DNA of 64,000 nucleotides from Psilocybe cubensis (Eukaryota): NCBI GenBank assembly GCA_017499595.2, contig CM038999.1, positions 2,728,001 to 2,792,000 of the forward strand, read 5' to 3'. Shown piece by piece: positions 63,353 to 64,000 of this stretch (position 1 is its first letter; each line of letters starts with the position of its first letter). The notes under the pieces were generated by a model. It saw only the letters and a program-made list of their open reading frames with translations, ran no database searches and was not told where the DNA came from. The position numbers and the translations under genes were made by a program.

Positions 63353-64000
63353 ATGGAGTCCGAGTTATCAAACCTTGCCCTGATCATAGATGCAATGCAT
63401 GGAGTGAGCATGGTCACTGTACGTGTTCTTTTTCTGAGTTACACAGAACTACTTCATTAATATCAGTAAATCTTCGAAACTAGCGGGCGGAGGGTGAGTT
63501 TTCCGATAACTGGTGGTCAGAGAATGAACCTGATTTAACTTCTTAGTGGCCGCTGCCGCCTTGTTTGTCTGGGACTACTTCATCACCATTGGCATGGAAG
63601 TTGATCTTGTCTGGACGTCGCGGTGGAATTCAATTAAGGTTCTCTTCCTCATTCAAAGATATCTTCCTTTCATCGACACTTGCATTTTGACCCTTTATCG
63701 TACGTCCGGGATTCTCTCCTCCTCCTCCTAGTTTAACTTACGGTGAATGCACTAGGTGATTTGGTTCCTCGAGGCCACGACGAGTGTACGAGTTTTCAAA
63801 AGGCCACCGGATGTATGTCTTCAATTTTACTCGCACAAGAAATGGTACTGAACCAAAACGTAGTCCTATATATCACTGGGTTTGCTGTATCAGAACGTCT
63901 GTCAACTTCCCTTCATTTTAACTGCTAGGAACATTTACCCTTTATACTTAGTTTTGCTTACCATGCGTGTCTGGGCCGTTTGGAACCGCAGTAAAGCGCT
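63353..64000 (+). CDS. DUF6533-type seven-transmembrane protein (partial, runs off the right edge)
   Basis: AAALFVWDYFITIGMEVDLVWTSRWNSIKVLFLIQRYLPFIDTCILTLY and LLTMRVWAVW; close paralog of 56740-58340. Confidence 0.8.

Noticed and set aside
1-64000. tRNA, rRNA, CRISPR array, transposase or reverse transcriptase
   Set aside because: No such signatures seen by eye; tRNAscan-SE and a repeat library search would be needed to exclude them formally.

Overview
Eukaryotic, intron-rich DNA (short GT/GC-AG introns, CTRAY branch points) typical of an agaricomycete mushroom, probably Agaricales (inferred from the gene families present). About 23 protein-coding genes can be reconstructed: a Rec114-like gene (partial), four F-box-type genes, a CSC1/OSCA channel, an NFKBIL1-like protein, MRX11/FLILHELTA, a hypothetical protein, an IMPACT-domain protein, RPL33, glutaryl-CoA dehydrogenase, a family-X DNA polymerase, NMNAT, two tandem MFS transporters, a bZIP factor, GlcNAc-6-P deacetylase, TIM22, an alpha-arrestin, two DUF6533-type 7TM proteins and a GPI-anchored cupredoxin-like protein. 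The most notable items: (1) a three-exon 62-aa prepropeptide gene absent from the ORF track (48044-47747, minus), with alpha-factor-like processing signals releasing a predicted disulfide-ring octapeptide FCSKYACM; (2) a bZIP with a post-zipper transmembrane segment, resembling ATF6/bZIP28; (3) an inverted copy of an F-box gene's first intron in its own promoter; (4) an array of HxRxxS motifs in the CSC1 tail. No tRNA, rRNA, CRISPR or intact transposon was recognised. All exon structures were read by eye and family calls come from motif recall, not database searches.
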